DNA from: Candidatus Saccharimonadales bacterium
Lineage (GTDB): Bacteria; Patescibacteriota; Saccharimonadia; Saccharimonadales; EFPC-124
Direction of reading: 5' to 3'
NCBI GenBank assembly: GCA_035457485.1
Contig: DATIBO010000006.1
Coordinates: 754,659 to 818,658 of the forward strand
DNA: 64,000 nt
Part shown: positions 45,614 through 55,669 of the stretch, in pieces
Position numbering within the stretch: the first letter of the stretch is position 1
How the letters are laid out: every line of letters starts with the position of its first letter
The notes under the pieces: model-generated
What the model was told of the DNA's origin: nothing
The model's database searches: none
The model's input: the letters and a program-made list of their open reading frames with translations, nothing else
Translations under genes and position numbers: made by a program

Positions 45614-46608
45614 CAGCTAAAATATATTTTCATTAGTGCGCGCGCAACCCTATCCGGATCATGCCTTATAAACGACCGAGTTTTTGCAAGCCTATCGCCT
45701 TTTTTAAGTTTTATGTCACCCTTAAAAATCAGATCACTGCCTTTAACCAGATAGTTGGTTTTTTGGGTTTTTGCGGGCGGAGTAATCAGCAACTCCCCTT
45801 CTCGCTCGTATTTTTCAAAAACATTTTCGTCAGGTTTAGACGTGTTGTATAGTACAAAATCAAGGTTGCGACCACAAAATCGCTCAATTTCCGAGGCATG
45901 CTCGTAAACTCCCATGCCTGTAGTTTGGCCAGGTTTCGTAACTAAGTTACATACGTAAACAACCTTTGCTTTTGTTTCCTCGAGCGCCTGATTGACTCCC
46001 TTAATAATTAATGCCGCTCCAACAGACGTATATAAGTCACCCGGCGCAATTACTACTAAATCAGCTTCACGAATTGCTTTATCTGCATCCGGATTTATAA
46101 CAGCGTTTGGCTCAAGTATCAACCACGGATTTGGCGCAAACCTTCGTAGATCTGTGGTGTCGACGGCATGCTCACCTTTTACAAGCGTCCCATCGTCTAG
46201 TTTGACCGCTAAATGCACGTTGTCTAAAGTCATTGGCAAAACTCGGCCAGAGATCTTTAAAACTTCACTAGCGGTTTCTACAGCTTCAGCAAAATTACCG
46301 GTCACCTTTTCGAGAGCTGTTAAAAACAAGTTTCCAAACGAATGTCCGCTCAGCTTACCGTCCTCAAATCGATAGTTAAAAAGTTCGCGAGTAACACTCG
46401 GATCTTCAGATAGCGCTACTAGGCATTGGCGCACATCGCCTGGAGGCAAAACACCAAGTTCGTCGCGTAGTTCCCCCGTAGACCCACCATCGTCAACCAT
46501 ACTAACCAGCGCTGTTATGTCACGGCAATAGTTTTTTAAACCGCTCAAAACGGCAAAGCTACCCGTTCCACCACCAATTACAACGACTTTCATGCCAACT
46601 TTTTGCAT
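45613..46608 (-). CDS. YvcK/CofD family protein (gluconeogenesis factor-like)
   Basis: VVVIGGGTGSFAVLSGLK, VSMVDDGGSTGELRDELGVLPPGDVRQCLVALS. Confidence 0.8.
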   Translation of the reverse strand: MQKVGMKVVVIGGGTGSFAVLSGLKNYCRDITALVSMVDDGGSTGELRDELGVLPPGDVRQCLVALSEDPSVTRELFNYRFEDGKLSGHSFGNLFLTALEKVTGNFAEAVETASEVLKISGRVLPMTLDNVHLAVKLDDGTLVKGEHAVDTTDLRRFAPNPWLILEPNAVINPDADKAIREADLVVIAPGDLYTSVGAALIIKGVNQALEETKAKVVYVCNLVTKPGQTTGMGVYEHASEIERFCGRNLDFVLYNTSKPDENVFEKYEREGELLITPPAKTQKTNYLVKGSDLIFKGDIKLKKGDRLAKTRSFIRHDPDRVARALMKIYFS

Positions 46609-46610
46609 TT

Positions 46611-47873
46611 TTAGCCCCTAATCTGTTTAATGATTTTTCCAAACCAGATTGCACTTGGTCTAAGTGTGCGTTTTTTCGTTTTGTAATCGACTTCGGCAAG
46701 TCCAAATCGAGGCCAAAAACCACTGGACCACTCAAAGTTGTCGGTCAAGCTCCAATGTAAATAACCTTCTAACCTTACCCCCGATTGAATCGCACGATGC
46801 ATGGCCATTAGCGTCTGGCTCAGCCACCATTTCCTAAATTCATCGTCATGGTCGGCCAAGCCATTTTCTGTGATAATGATTGGCAGGTTGTACTGATCAT
46901 AAAGTTGTTTTAAAACAATCTCGATATCGGCAGGGCGCATATCCCAGCCCAAATCACTTCGACGCAGGTTTTCATTATGCTGCCTGTAGCCATAGTAACG
47001 ATTGGAAAAATAGTAGTTTAAGCCGATAAAATCCAGATACTTTTTAATACGCCCTAACAAGAATCCGTCTTCCACCCAAGACATAACTTTGGCAGTGGTT
47101 TGCGACAAAACTGCATCGTCTCCGGCGTAGTGATGTGCCGTATTTTTAGCAATGCTAATTAAATATTTGCGACCTTTCTTTTTTGCGGCCTTGTAAACTT
47201 TTTTATGAACCGAAATTAAGTTCAGCAAAACTACCAAAGCCTCGGTCTTGCTCCGCCGTTGCGGTGGCCACTCCCCGAGTAAAAAGCTCTTGGCGGCGTA
47301 GACTTCGGGTTCGTTCAAGGTAATAACATACCGAAAATTTTGACCAAGTTCATCAAATACTTTTTCGGCAAACCGTAAAAAATAGCCAATATTGCTACGT
47401 TTTGTAAAGCCACCTTTTTGCTCGAACCAAACCGGCACAGTCCAATGCCACAGAGTTACAATTGGTTCCACTCCTATAGCTGCAAGCTTTTTTAGATAAA
47501 CGCGGTAATGTTCAATTGCTTCAGCGTTCCAAGCACCTTCTTCTGGCTCTACACGAGACCACTCAATACTAAAGCGCCAAGCATTCATGTTGAGCTTTTT
47601 TATTAAAGCAAAATCCTCTTGGTAACGGTTATAATGATCTGTTGCCTTGCCTGAGACATAGTTCGCCGGATTTGTGGCATCAGCTTTAATTTGATCCCAC
47701 TTTGGCAAATAATTAGCCTGGTATTTAGCTGTCTCGGCCAGGATTTTAGCGTGTTCGAGTTCCCAAACAGTCCACTGATTATGGTTTGACCCCTCAACCT
47801 GATGTGCCGCACTTGCTGCGCCCCACAAAAAGTGCCCCGGAAACTTTAAAAGCAAACCCTCGTCTTTTTTCAT
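46611..47873 (-). CDS. glycoside hydrolase family 1 beta-glucosidase
   Basis: FLWGAASAAHQVEG, acid/base TLNEP, nucleophile ITENG. Confidence 0.85.
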   Translation of the reverse strand: MKKDEGLLLKFPGHFLWGAASAAHQVEGSNHNQWTVWELEHAKILAETAKYQANYLPKWDQIKADATNPANYVSGKATDHYNRYQEDFALIKKLNMNAWRFSIEWSRVEPEEGAWNAEAIEHYRVYLKKLAAIGVEPIVTLWHWTVPVWFEQKGGFTKRSNIGYFLRFAEKVFDELGQNFRYVITLNEPEVYAAKSFLLGEWPPQRRSKTEALVVLLNLISVHKKVYKAAKKKGRKYLISIAKNTAHHYAGDDAVLSQTTAKVMSWVEDGFLLGRIKKYLDFIGLNYYFSNRYYGYRQHNENLRRSDLGWDMRPADIEIVLKQLYDQYNLPIIITENGLADHDDEFRKWWLSQTLMAMHRAIQSGVRLEGYLHWSLTDNFEWSSGFWPRFGLAEVDYKTKKRTLRPSAIWFGKIIKQIRG

Positions 47874-47908
47874 CTTTAACTATTATATCAGCAAATATTA
47901 ATCAATTT

Positions 47909-48685
47909 TTACAAAACGTTGTCAGTTTTAGCTAAATGCCAATAATTTTCAAAAACCTGACGCATAAAAGCGGCTAAAAATGGATTTTTCACTTCTGTCC
48001 CCAGATGTAAGCCGTGGCCGAACGAATTATAAATCGCGATCGTATTATCGTAAATCGACAGCTCGGCCTGAATATTCAAAACTTCTTTAGAAATATACTT
48101 GGCGCGGTAAAACTTTGTATACCCTGGGTCGTCAGAAAGCTCAAACGGGTTAACTCCTATATTTTCTATACTACGCAAATGGATTTTACGCATTACAACT
48201 TCGTTTCGAAACTTTTCAGCCCAGACTTTTCCAAGCGGCGCATTAAGAGTTTTACCAGAGAATAACAGAACCTCACTTGTAGCGTGAAGTTCGTTCCAAA
48301 GCATTTGTTTAAGCCCGCCGATTCCGCTAAAAGTTTTAACCTCGAATCCTTCGTCTTTGCTTTTAAAACTTGCAAGCAAACTATTTAGATCTAAAAAATT
48401 ACTACGAAACTGGCTCGCTTTTGCTTCTTGGTCAACAACTAGGAGCTCCAAGTTTTCAATCGAGGCGGCCGAGATAAGCTTATCGTTACTAGTTGTCAAC
48501 TGACCAACCAAGCCTTTTTCAGCTAAAACATCGACAATTCTGTAAACGTTTGATCTGGCGATTCCCGTTTCACGACTTAACTCAAGCGGTGTTCGGGGCG
48601 CGCTAACCAAGCTCAAGAATATCTTAATCTCGTCGCGTGTCAGCCCTAGCGCCTCGAGCTTTTGATGAATAATATTGTTTTCCAT
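47909..48685 (-). CDS. TrmB family sugar-responsive transcriptional regulator
   Basis: N-terminal wHTH LGLTRDEIKIFLSLVSAPRTPLELSRETGIARSNVYRIVDVLAEKGLV. Confidence 0.75.
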   Translation of the reverse strand: MENNIIHQKLEALGLTRDEIKIFLSLVSAPRTPLELSRETGIARSNVYRIVDVLAEKGLVGQLTTSNDKLISAASIENLELLVVDQEAKASQFRSNFLDLNSLLASFKSKDEGFEVKTFSGIGGLKQMLWNELHATSEVLLFSGKTLNAPLGKVWAEKFRNEVVMRKIHLRSIENIGVNPFELSDDPGYTKFYRAKYISKEVLNIQAELSIYDNTIAIYNSFGHGLHLGTEVKNPFLAAFMRQVFENYWHLAKTDNVL

Positions 48686-48737
48686 TTTGAAGAACAGTTT
48701 AACAGATGTGGCCTCGAAGATCCATATTCAGATTATT

Positions 48738-49592
48738 ATGGAAAAATCAGTCAACCACAGTGAGCAAAGAACCGCCAAACGTGAACTTCATTTAAAAGCC
48801 TATCGTCCGACTACCAACTTAATATTCGACAATTTCAACAACAGACCAGAGCGATCCGAACTTTTTACGAATCCGCCAGAGGATTTTATTAGCGCATACA
48901 ACACGTATGAGGGCATTCTAGTTAACTCGATTAAAGACACATTTCATACCGACAACCCTGTTCAGCAGAGATCGGCTCAAGCAGTTTTTAACAATCATAA
49001 CTTTGTTAGCTGGCGTTATAACCAGGATTGGCCGTACGAAAACCTACCCATAAAACCTACTTTTGAGCAGACCAACAGCGCTTTTGAGGCAAAAATGATC
49101 CGCAATAAAAGTATTGGGCTTGCTTTAACTCTGCTTTACATGACAAGTATAAAAAATGCGCTGCGCCCGCTTGAGCTTCCGGCACTACAAACTTGTCGCG
49201 TTATTTGTGATGCTTTTGAGGCAATTGAACCTTTAGCCTTTTTACATGATTCCGACGAAGCTGATCTGTTACGCGAACTCGTAAACATGACCGAGGCAGA
49301 GAGTCTGTTCCCTAGCCCGCAAACTATTAAGAAAATTTACAACGGCGAGATCGCGTTATCGCCCAATTGCTGGGACATAGACAAGAACCTTAAGATTAAG
49401 TTTAATCACGAACTGCCAGCAAAGCATCTTATGGCTCACATTGAACCGCGCATGGGTTGTCCGGTCGCGGTCGGACACATGACTCACGAAGGTCGAGATT
49501 CCAAAGTCGAGCACGGGAGCTACTTGCAAAACATGTGGTGTGACGTCGCACTCCTTATGTTAGAGACAAATGAATTTGTACCCACAAACTAG
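48738..49592 (+). CDS. hypothetical protein
   Basis: ORF 48675..49592. I prefer the ATG at 48738 (MEKSVNH) because 48675 would overlap the divergent trmB start. No motif recognised. Confidence 0.4.
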   Translation: MEKSVNHSEQRTAKRELHLKAYRPTTNLIFDNFNNRPERSELFTNPPEDFISAYNTYEGILVNSIKDTFHTDNPVQQRSAQAVFNNHNFVSWRYNQDWPYENLPIKPTFEQTNSAFEAKMIRNKSIGLALTLLYMTSIKNALRPLELPALQTCRVICDAFEAIEPLAFLHDSDEADLLRELVNMTEAESLFPSPQTIKKIYNGEIALSPNCWDIDKNLKIKFNHELPAKHLMAHIEPRMGCPVAVGHMTHEGRDSKVEHGSYLQNMWCDVALLMLETNEFVPTN

Positions 49593-49655
49593 TCTGTGGA
49601 AAACTTTTACAGAATTTACTTTATTTTTTACCCCAGCGTCTGATAGACTCGTGCC

Positions 49656-50327
49656 ATGTCAAAAGCATTACGGATGCAACAGATTCCACTTCACGAACGA
49701 CCGCGCGAAAAAATGCAACGCAAGGGGCCACACGCATTGTCGGACTTCGAGTTACTCGAAGTCATAATAGGTAGCGGAAACGGCCAGGCCGACGTTGGCA
49801 CAATCGCCCGAAGTATTCAGAAAGTCCTTAAAACCGGCGTACACAATTTTAATATGAGTTCGTTAACTGCACTTACTGGGGTTAGTTTGGCGCACGCAAG
49901 CCGAATTCTGGCCTCGCTCGAAATCGCCAAACGCCACCTAGTTCGTGACAACCTTGCTCTGCAAACTGTTTCCGAAATTGTTAGTCGTTTGGGTGAAATC
50001 CGAGATAAAACTCAGGAGCATTTTATTTGCTTAAGCATGGACGGCGGCCACCGTTTGATCGCTCAACGCACTATTACGATCGGCACGCTCGACACAGTTT
50101 TGGCGCATCCACGAGAGATATTCTCGGACCCTATAGTTGATAGGGCCGCTTATGTAATAGTCGCGCATAACCACCCATCAAACGATGTCAATCCAAGCCC
50201 AAAAGACTGTGAGTTAACCAATCAATTAATTGCTGCGGGTCAACTTTTAGGGGTCCCTTTGCATGATCACATAATTGTTACCAAAACGCAGCATTTTAGT
50301 TTTAGGCAAAAACATCTAATCATATAA
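49656..50327 (+). CDS. radC: RadC-like JAMM/MPN+ domain protein
   Basis: N-terminal HhH-like region and JAMM motif VAHNHPSNDVNPSPKDCELT. Confidence 0.85.
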   Translation: MSKALRMQQIPLHERPREKMQRKGPHALSDFELLEVIIGSGNGQADVGTIARSIQKVLKTGVHNFNMSSLTALTGVSLAHASRILASLEIAKRHLVRDNLALQTVSEIVSRLGEIRDKTQEHFICLSMDGGHRLIAQRTITIGTLDTVLAHPREIFSDPIVDRAAYVIVAHNHPSNDVNPSPKDCELTNQLIAAGQLLGVPLHDHIIVTKTQHFSFRQKHLII

Positions 50328-50336
50328 AGGAATACC

Positions 50337-51221
50337 GTGAACCATTACTACGAACTTCGCCACACACCCCAATACCCAGCAACTAGCATTGCATCCGACG
50401 TTGCGCGCCATCTCGAGGTTCGCCAATATTTAGGCACCGCGCTTATTGTGTGTAAATCCCCCACCAATACCATGAGCGTGGTGCGTAAACAGTGGCTTAA
50501 CCTAATGCGAAATATCCACAAGCAGCGTGCAAGCACACTAAACGCCGAAGAGATTTTACGACTAACTCATGCTATTTTGCATATGCAAAAGATGACCTTT
50601 GTCGCCAAGCCCCCACAAGAAACGACGGCCGCCAGTATCTATTTTATAACCCCAGGTGAGCTTAATATTCTGCCCCCGGACTGCTATACAATTTATCTTT
50701 TAGATAAGGTCAAACCTAGCAGTTTAAAGTTTGCCCTTGGTGGATTATCGAATAACGGATTAGTCGTCAACTACGACGTCGGCATGGCAATGAGCGATTT
50801 TCAACTAAAGCCAAAAAGTAAACTAGAATCAGAAGTACTTCGCGAATGGAGTAGCGTTTTGCAACTCTTAAAAAGATTTAAAATTACTCCTTCGCAACTA
50901 GTTAACTCGAGTCCGGTTTTCTTGGCCGCAAACGATCACGCGCTCGATACACTTTTGGGGTCGCCTCAAGAGTTCTTACATATAACGTCAGCCTTTCAAC
51001 ATATGGCTCACTTGGGTCAGCCGTTTACTACCATAAGTTCTACTCAACAACGCGAATTTACCGCTGTTGCGAGGCTTGCCCACAGAGTACAATCACTAAC
51101 TCCAAGTACCTTTAGCAATTACCTTATTCGCAATTTTGGCTCAACATCTGACTACGAAGTTTTCTTTTTGCACGACATTCTTGCAAATACTCAAGAATCA
51201 AAAAATTTTACAATAAACTAA
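50337..51221 (+). CDS. hypothetical protein
   Basis: 294-aa ORF with a GTG start 9 nt after radC. No motif recognised. Confidence 0.4.
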   Translation: MNHYYELRHTPQYPATSIASDVARHLEVRQYLGTALIVCKSPTNTMSVVRKQWLNLMRNIHKQRASTLNAEEILRLTHAILHMQKMTFVAKPPQETTAASIYFITPGELNILPPDCYTIYLLDKVKPSSLKFALGGLSNNGLVVNYDVGMAMSDFQLKPKSKLESEVLREWSSVLQLLKRFKITPSQLVNSSPVFLAANDHALDTLLGSPQEFLHITSAFQHMAHLGQPFTTISSTQQREFTAVARLAHRVQSLTPSTFSNYLIRNFGSTSDYEVFFLHDILANTQESKNFTIN

Positions 51222-51694
51222 AATAAACTCGTCTGATTTTGCGTAACTTGCTCAGCAAGCATATCTACGAACGGTGTCTGTCCCTTAACCAGTTTCCTGC
51301 GGGCAACGTCTAGACTAAACCACCCAGCTCTGTCTACCTCTGGAAAGCGTTGTTTTTCACCGGACTTTAATGGCCATTCCATCTCAAAAAAATTACTTCT
51401 TATATCTTTATCAAAGTCATTCTCAGTAAACCAAGCTGTAACTTTTTTGTTGCCATATTTAACTTCGCCCAGTAATAAATACTCACCTTCCGGGCAATTG
51501 CGTCCAGTTTCTTCTTTAAATTCTCTTTTCGCGGCAAGCAACGAGTCTTCACTCTCTGTATGTTCACCCTTTGGAATAGACCAAGCGCCAGTATCTTTTT
51601 TAGCCCAAAATGGACCACCTGGGTGGACCAGAAAAACTTCTGGCTTGTTTTTAGTCCACCTGTAAAGCAAGATTCCAGCCGAAAGTTTAGGCAT
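51218..51694 (-). CDS. NUDIX hydrolase (COG4112-like)
   Basis: GGPFWAKKDTGAWSIPKGE...AAKREFKEETG. Start taken at MPKLSAGILLY. Confidence 0.75.
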   Translation of the reverse strand: MPKLSAGILLYRWTKNKPEVFLVHPGGPFWAKKDTGAWSIPKGEHTESEDSLLAAKREFKEETGRNCPEGEYLLLGEVKYGNKKVTAWFTENDFDKDIRSNFFEMEWPLKSGEKQRFPEVDRAGWFSLDVARRKLVKGQTPFVDMLAEQVTQNQTSLF

Positions 51695-52430
51695 TATTAG
51701 TCCTTTTTTGGGCCTTTTGGGCCATAAAATGCATTCGTTGCTCCACACTCAAATGCTCGATTGCGTACCTTAAAGCTGTGCGTGGCATTACCGAAGAGTG
51801 TTTATCTAAAAAATCCAGGAGCTGATCGCGATCTTTTTTGCCTGCTTCTCGTAACATCCAACCGGTGGCTTTGTGAATCAAATCATGTGAATCGCCAAGC
51901 AACATCTCGCTGATCCTAAAGGTATCGTCCAAGTCGCCTTTTCTAATAAATGCCCAGGTACTGACAATGGAAATTCGACGCTCCCATAAACTCTTTGACT
52001 TTGCCAGTTTATATAAAATAGCGCGCGGCTTATTCTCCAGGAATCCACCAACCACATCGCGACAACTTACGTCAACTAAATCCCAGTTATCGATTTTGTC
52101 TGTTCGCTTCAAATATAGATCAAATAAACTCTTTTTTTGAGACTCAGGTGTTTTTTTACTAGCCGCTTGGTTCGTCATAATTATCAAAGCAGCCATCCTA
52201 ACTTCGTGGACTGGACACTCCAAAAGCTCATCTATTTCACTTATTTTTAGATCAGAATATTTTTTACAAGCCAGTCGAATTTTCGGCATTCGCACACCGA
52301 TAAAGACATCACCCTCAGCATATTGACCTTCGCCAGTTCTAAAGAACTTCTGCAAGACCTGCAAATCCTCGGGTGATCTATCTGCTAATTTTTGAAGTTT
52401 ATCAATAAGATCGTCTGTGCGAGCACTCAT
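51687..52430 (-). CDS. DNA alkylation repair protein (AlkD-like HEAT repeat)
   Basis: QKFFRTGEGQYAEGDVFIGVRMP, WERRISIVSTWAF, ATGWMLRE. Confidence 0.75.
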   Translation of the reverse strand: MSARTDDLIDKLQKLADRSPEDLQVLQKFFRTGEGQYAEGDVFIGVRMPKIRLACKKYSDLKISEIDELLECPVHEVRMAALIIMTNQAASKKTPESQKKSLFDLYLKRTDKIDNWDLVDVSCRDVVGGFLENKPRAILYKLAKSKSLWERRISIVSTWAFIRKGDLDDTFRISEMLLGDSHDLIHKATGWMLREAGKKDRDQLLDFLDKHSSVMPRTALRYAIEHLSVEQRMHFMAQKAQKRTNNA

Positions 52431-52936
52431 TACTTGTCCCAGATTTGCACAAATTTTATCCTATCTACCTCATGTGTGCCATCTGCTAGTTGACGAAATT
52501 CAACATTATGATTAGCTACAAAATAATCACCAACTGAGTCAATATACTCTAAGTTGCAAACTGTTTGACTAGCACTTCTAATATGTGGACCTTGGTAAAT
52601 TTTAAACTTTCGCTCTTCGCCCGGCATTAAAATTGTCTGCAAGTCAGTACTTTGCCCCAAGAATTCTAGCTGGTTTAGGTCAAGCCTATCATTTGAACCG
52701 TTGTGAACCGACGCCCAACATTCAAAACCTGCACCGTTGTTGTAGCACTCAACCTCGGTAATATGCGCTTTTTTAATTACCTTCGGCCCACTTTGAATAT
52801 GTTGTTCAGCTTGCGTTGAGCCCTGACCAGGTATCCCGCCTGCGATTTGCGGATTTTGCGGCTGTAAACTATCTTCCGGAACAAAGGCCGGCTTTCCACT
52901 AACGATTCTGCCTAACGTTTCAAAGAACGAGGGCAC
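52430..52936 (-). CDS. hypothetical protein
   Basis: 168-aa ORF translationally coupled on both sides. No motif recognised. Confidence 0.4.
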   Translation of the reverse strand: MPSFFETLGRIVSGKPAFVPEDSLQPQNPQIAGGIPGQGSTQAEQHIQSGPKVIKKAHITEVECYNNGAGFECWASVHNGSNDRLDLNQLEFLGQSTDLQTILMPGEERKFKIYQGPHIRSASQTVCNLEYIDSVGDYFVANHNVEFRQLADGTHEVDRIKFVQIWDK

Positions 52937-54266
52937 TTTGCAAATCCTTAATTTTAACGCGAGTCTGTTTCATTGTGTCGCGTTCGCGCACGGTCACACT
53001 GTCGTCTTTTAGACTTTCAAAATCAATCGTCACACAGTACGGCGTGCCAATTTCGTCTTGCCTGCGATAGCGTTTACCGATACTTTGCGTCTCATCGTAT
53101 TCAACGTTCCAACCAGTAGACTGAACAATTTGTTTATACACTTTATCAGATAAGGCTTGTAGTTCTGGCTTTTTGCTCAACGGTAAAACAGCAACTTTCA
53201 CAGGTGCGATTTCGGGCTTAAATTTGAGTACAATTCGTGTTTCGTCGCCAACTTTTTCCTCACAGTAGGCGCTATCGAGAACTGCAGTCATTAAACGGCC
53301 CAGCCCGATCGCAGGTTCGATAACATAGGGCATATAGCGCTCGTTTGTTTCTGGGTCAAAGTAACTCAAGTCTTTGCCACTTGCCTTTGTGTGCGCCTTT
53401 AAGTCGAAGTCTGTTCGGTTAGCAATACCCCAAAGCTCTCGCGGTTCACCGCCAAAAAACTCATATTGAATATCCCAACTATCAGCAGCATAATGAGCAC
53501 GCTCGTCTTCGCCGTGTTGATGCCAAACCATTTTTTCTCTTTTAACGCCCGCTTCTACCAAAAAGTTCCAACAAAATTCTTTCCATTTATCCAAATCAGC
53601 TTCGGCCATTGCTGGCTTTGTGAAGTATTCCATTTCCATCATGTCAAATTCTCGCACACGGAACAAAAATTCTCGCGGGCTGATTTCGTTACGAAAACCC
53701 TTACCAATTTGGGCTACACCAAAAGGCAGTTTGCTACGAGTGGTCTCACGCACAAGTTCGTAATTTGTAAAAATTGCTCCAGCTGTTTCTGGTCGCAAAT
53801 AGGCCACACTCTCGTCGTCTTCAAGCGCACCTACATACGTCTTGAACATCATGTTAAAAGTTCGCACTTCGCCCAAAGGGTTACCGTCTGGCGACTTTTT
53901 GCCCTTTAGCAGCTCATTGAGTTTTTCAATGTCATTCGTATCGACACCGGCCAAATGATCAGCGCGATAGCGTTTTTTTGTAACTAAATCTTCTACAAGT
54001 GGATCATTAAAACCATCAATATGTCCACTAGCCTTCCAAAGCTTTGTATTTTGGATAATCGCACCATCAATACCATGAATATTGCGATTTTCGCGCACAA
54101 ATTTTTGCCACCAAAACGCTTTTAAGTTATTGGCTAGCTCTACGCCGTAAGGCCCCAAATCCCAAAACCCTGCTAATCCACCGTAAATTTCGGAAGCCTG
54201 AAAAACAAAGCCTCGCCTTTTTGCAAGACTAACCAAAGAATCTAGTGTAACCTCTTGTTTGCTCAT
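52920..54266 (-). CDS. glyQS: glycine--tRNA ligase (alpha2 type)
   Basis: RRGFVFQASEIYGGLAGFWDLGPYG, class II motifs FRNEISPR and GIGLGRL. Start taken at MSKQEVTL. Confidence 0.9.
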   Translation of the reverse strand: MSKQEVTLDSLVSLAKRRGFVFQASEIYGGLAGFWDLGPYGVELANNLKAFWWQKFVRENRNIHGIDGAIIQNTKLWKASGHIDGFNDPLVEDLVTKKRYRADHLAGVDTNDIEKLNELLKGKKSPDGNPLGEVRTFNMMFKTYVGALEDDESVAYLRPETAGAIFTNYELVRETTRSKLPFGVAQIGKGFRNEISPREFLFRVREFDMMEMEYFTKPAMAEADLDKWKEFCWNFLVEAGVKREKMVWHQHGEDERAHYAADSWDIQYEFFGGEPRELWGIANRTDFDLKAHTKASGKDLSYFDPETNERYMPYVIEPAIGLGRLMTAVLDSAYCEEKVGDETRIVLKFKPEIAPVKVAVLPLSKKPELQALSDKVYKQIVQSTGWNVEYDETQSIGKRYRRQDEIGTPYCVTIDFESLKDDSVTVRERDTMKQTRVKIKDLQSALVL

Positions 54267-54350
54267 ACTTTTTAATATTATACCAGAATCATCTGTAAAT
54301 CTCATTGATTTTTATACCAAAAGGCGTAAGAATATCAACACGAGGTATGT

Positions 54351-55010
54351 ATGAGTCAAAATCCTGAAGTTTCTCCGGCACGGCCGAATCAACCAGAAAA
54401 ACCAAAATTCAACCCTGATAACGCCAAAAAAGCGCGAGATGCGTTAAAGAGAGGGAATTTAACAGTTGCATTAAAATTTTTGGATCATATCAACCTAGAG
54501 GACGCCAGGTCACCCGAGAACTGTGCGGCAGTCGCCCAAGCTCTGCAATTACGAGCCGAAGCCAACCTACAGGTTGCCACGGTTGAATCGGTCGGAGCGG
54601 CGTCGGCCGATATGCGTGCTGCCATTTCGCTTATTGATACGTTATCGCCAGATGTTAGACAAATTTACGAAGCTGCACTTGTTTGCACAGCAACAGAGGT
54701 GCAGAGAGTTAGAAACGGTCACCTACCAGTAGAAACAATGGATGAAGTCGACCAAATTGTTGGTGCGGTCCCCGATGAACATCCTGCAAAACCTATCCTG
54801 ACTTACTTCTCGCAGAGAACAATCGGAATCTGTTACGCGTTTAGTCCGACGATGTCCGCCATGTCCATGGATCGCGCCCGCGCAGCAGCAGAAGAAGCTG
54901 GGGTCCCTCGAGATAATCTTTTACATCTTTCTAACCTAAGCAGCGCCAAAGTTGCAACTTTAAATGCCCCCGCGCCCTATCCGCTTTCCACCCTTTACGA
55001 GCTGCCGTAA
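54351..55010 (+). CDS. hypothetical Ala-rich protein (GC-elevated orphan)
   Basis: 219-aa ORF, a lone plus-strand gene between minus-strand neighbours. 35/60 and 37/60 G+C in two lines counted. Confidence 0.35.
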   Translation: MSQNPEVSPARPNQPEKPKFNPDNAKKARDALKRGNLTVALKFLDHINLEDARSPENCAAVAQALQLRAEANLQVATVESVGAASADMRAAISLIDTLSPDVRQIYEAALVCTATEVQRVRNGHLPVETMDEVDQIVGAVPDEHPAKPILTYFSQRTIGICYAFSPTMSAMSMDRARAAAEEAGVPRDNLLHLSNLSSAKVATLNAPAPYPLSTLYELP

Positions 55011-55669
55011 AAAATTAGACTTACATCTTTTAATATTTGCGCAACGCCGCTAATTCTGTGTAATGTTGGTGGCGAATATTGCTGAGCTAGTCGCAAAAAT
55101 TTAATGTGATCTCCTGTAAATCTCCCGTTGGAATTCTTAAAAAATGTAACTGTTGACTGATCATAGTCATATTTTTGATCCGAACTAAGCAATTCACCAT
55201 CCGAATCAGTTTCTAAGTTGACTCCTTCGCCTAACAAATGGCCTAGATTCAACTTAAACCAGACCTCGACTAAGCCATGGCTAATTCTTAAATCCTCTAG
55301 TGATGCTAATGATGATTTTAAAAGTTGGTAAAACTCCGGACTTGTCACGGTCTCGCTGGCTTTGTTAATTTGTTTTAAAATTTCGTATGCAAACTGCATT
55401 CGATCGTAATCCTGCAGAATCTTTGCGCCATAAAATTGTTTTATCTGCGCCCCAGTTACGACCGCCAAATCACCCCGACCCTCAATTGTGTTAATATCAC
55501 AAACTGCAAATAACTCTAGTCCGCCCGCTAGTTTGCTCTTTGGCCTTCGCGCACCCTTTGCAATCACACTGATTTTGCCGCGATCAGGAGTAATAATGCT
55601 CAAAATTCTATCAGCTTCCCCATAATTTGTGCGCCGCAATATTATCGCTTCGGTCCTAAAGTAGCGCAT
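54995..55669 (-). CDS. recO: DNA repair protein RecO
   Basis: EAIILRRTNYGEADRILSIITPDRGKISVIAKGARRPKSKLAGGLELF. Confidence 0.85.
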   Translation of the reverse strand: MRYFRTEAIILRRTNYGEADRILSIITPDRGKISVIAKGARRPKSKLAGGLELFAVCDINTIEGRGDLAVVTGAQIKQFYGAKILQDYDRMQFAYEILKQINKASETVTSPEFYQLLKSSLASLEDLRISHGLVEVWFKLNLGHLLGEGVNLETDSDGELLSSDQKYDYDQSTVTFFKNSNGRFTGDHIKFLRLAQQYSPPTLHRISGVAQILKDVSLIFYGSS

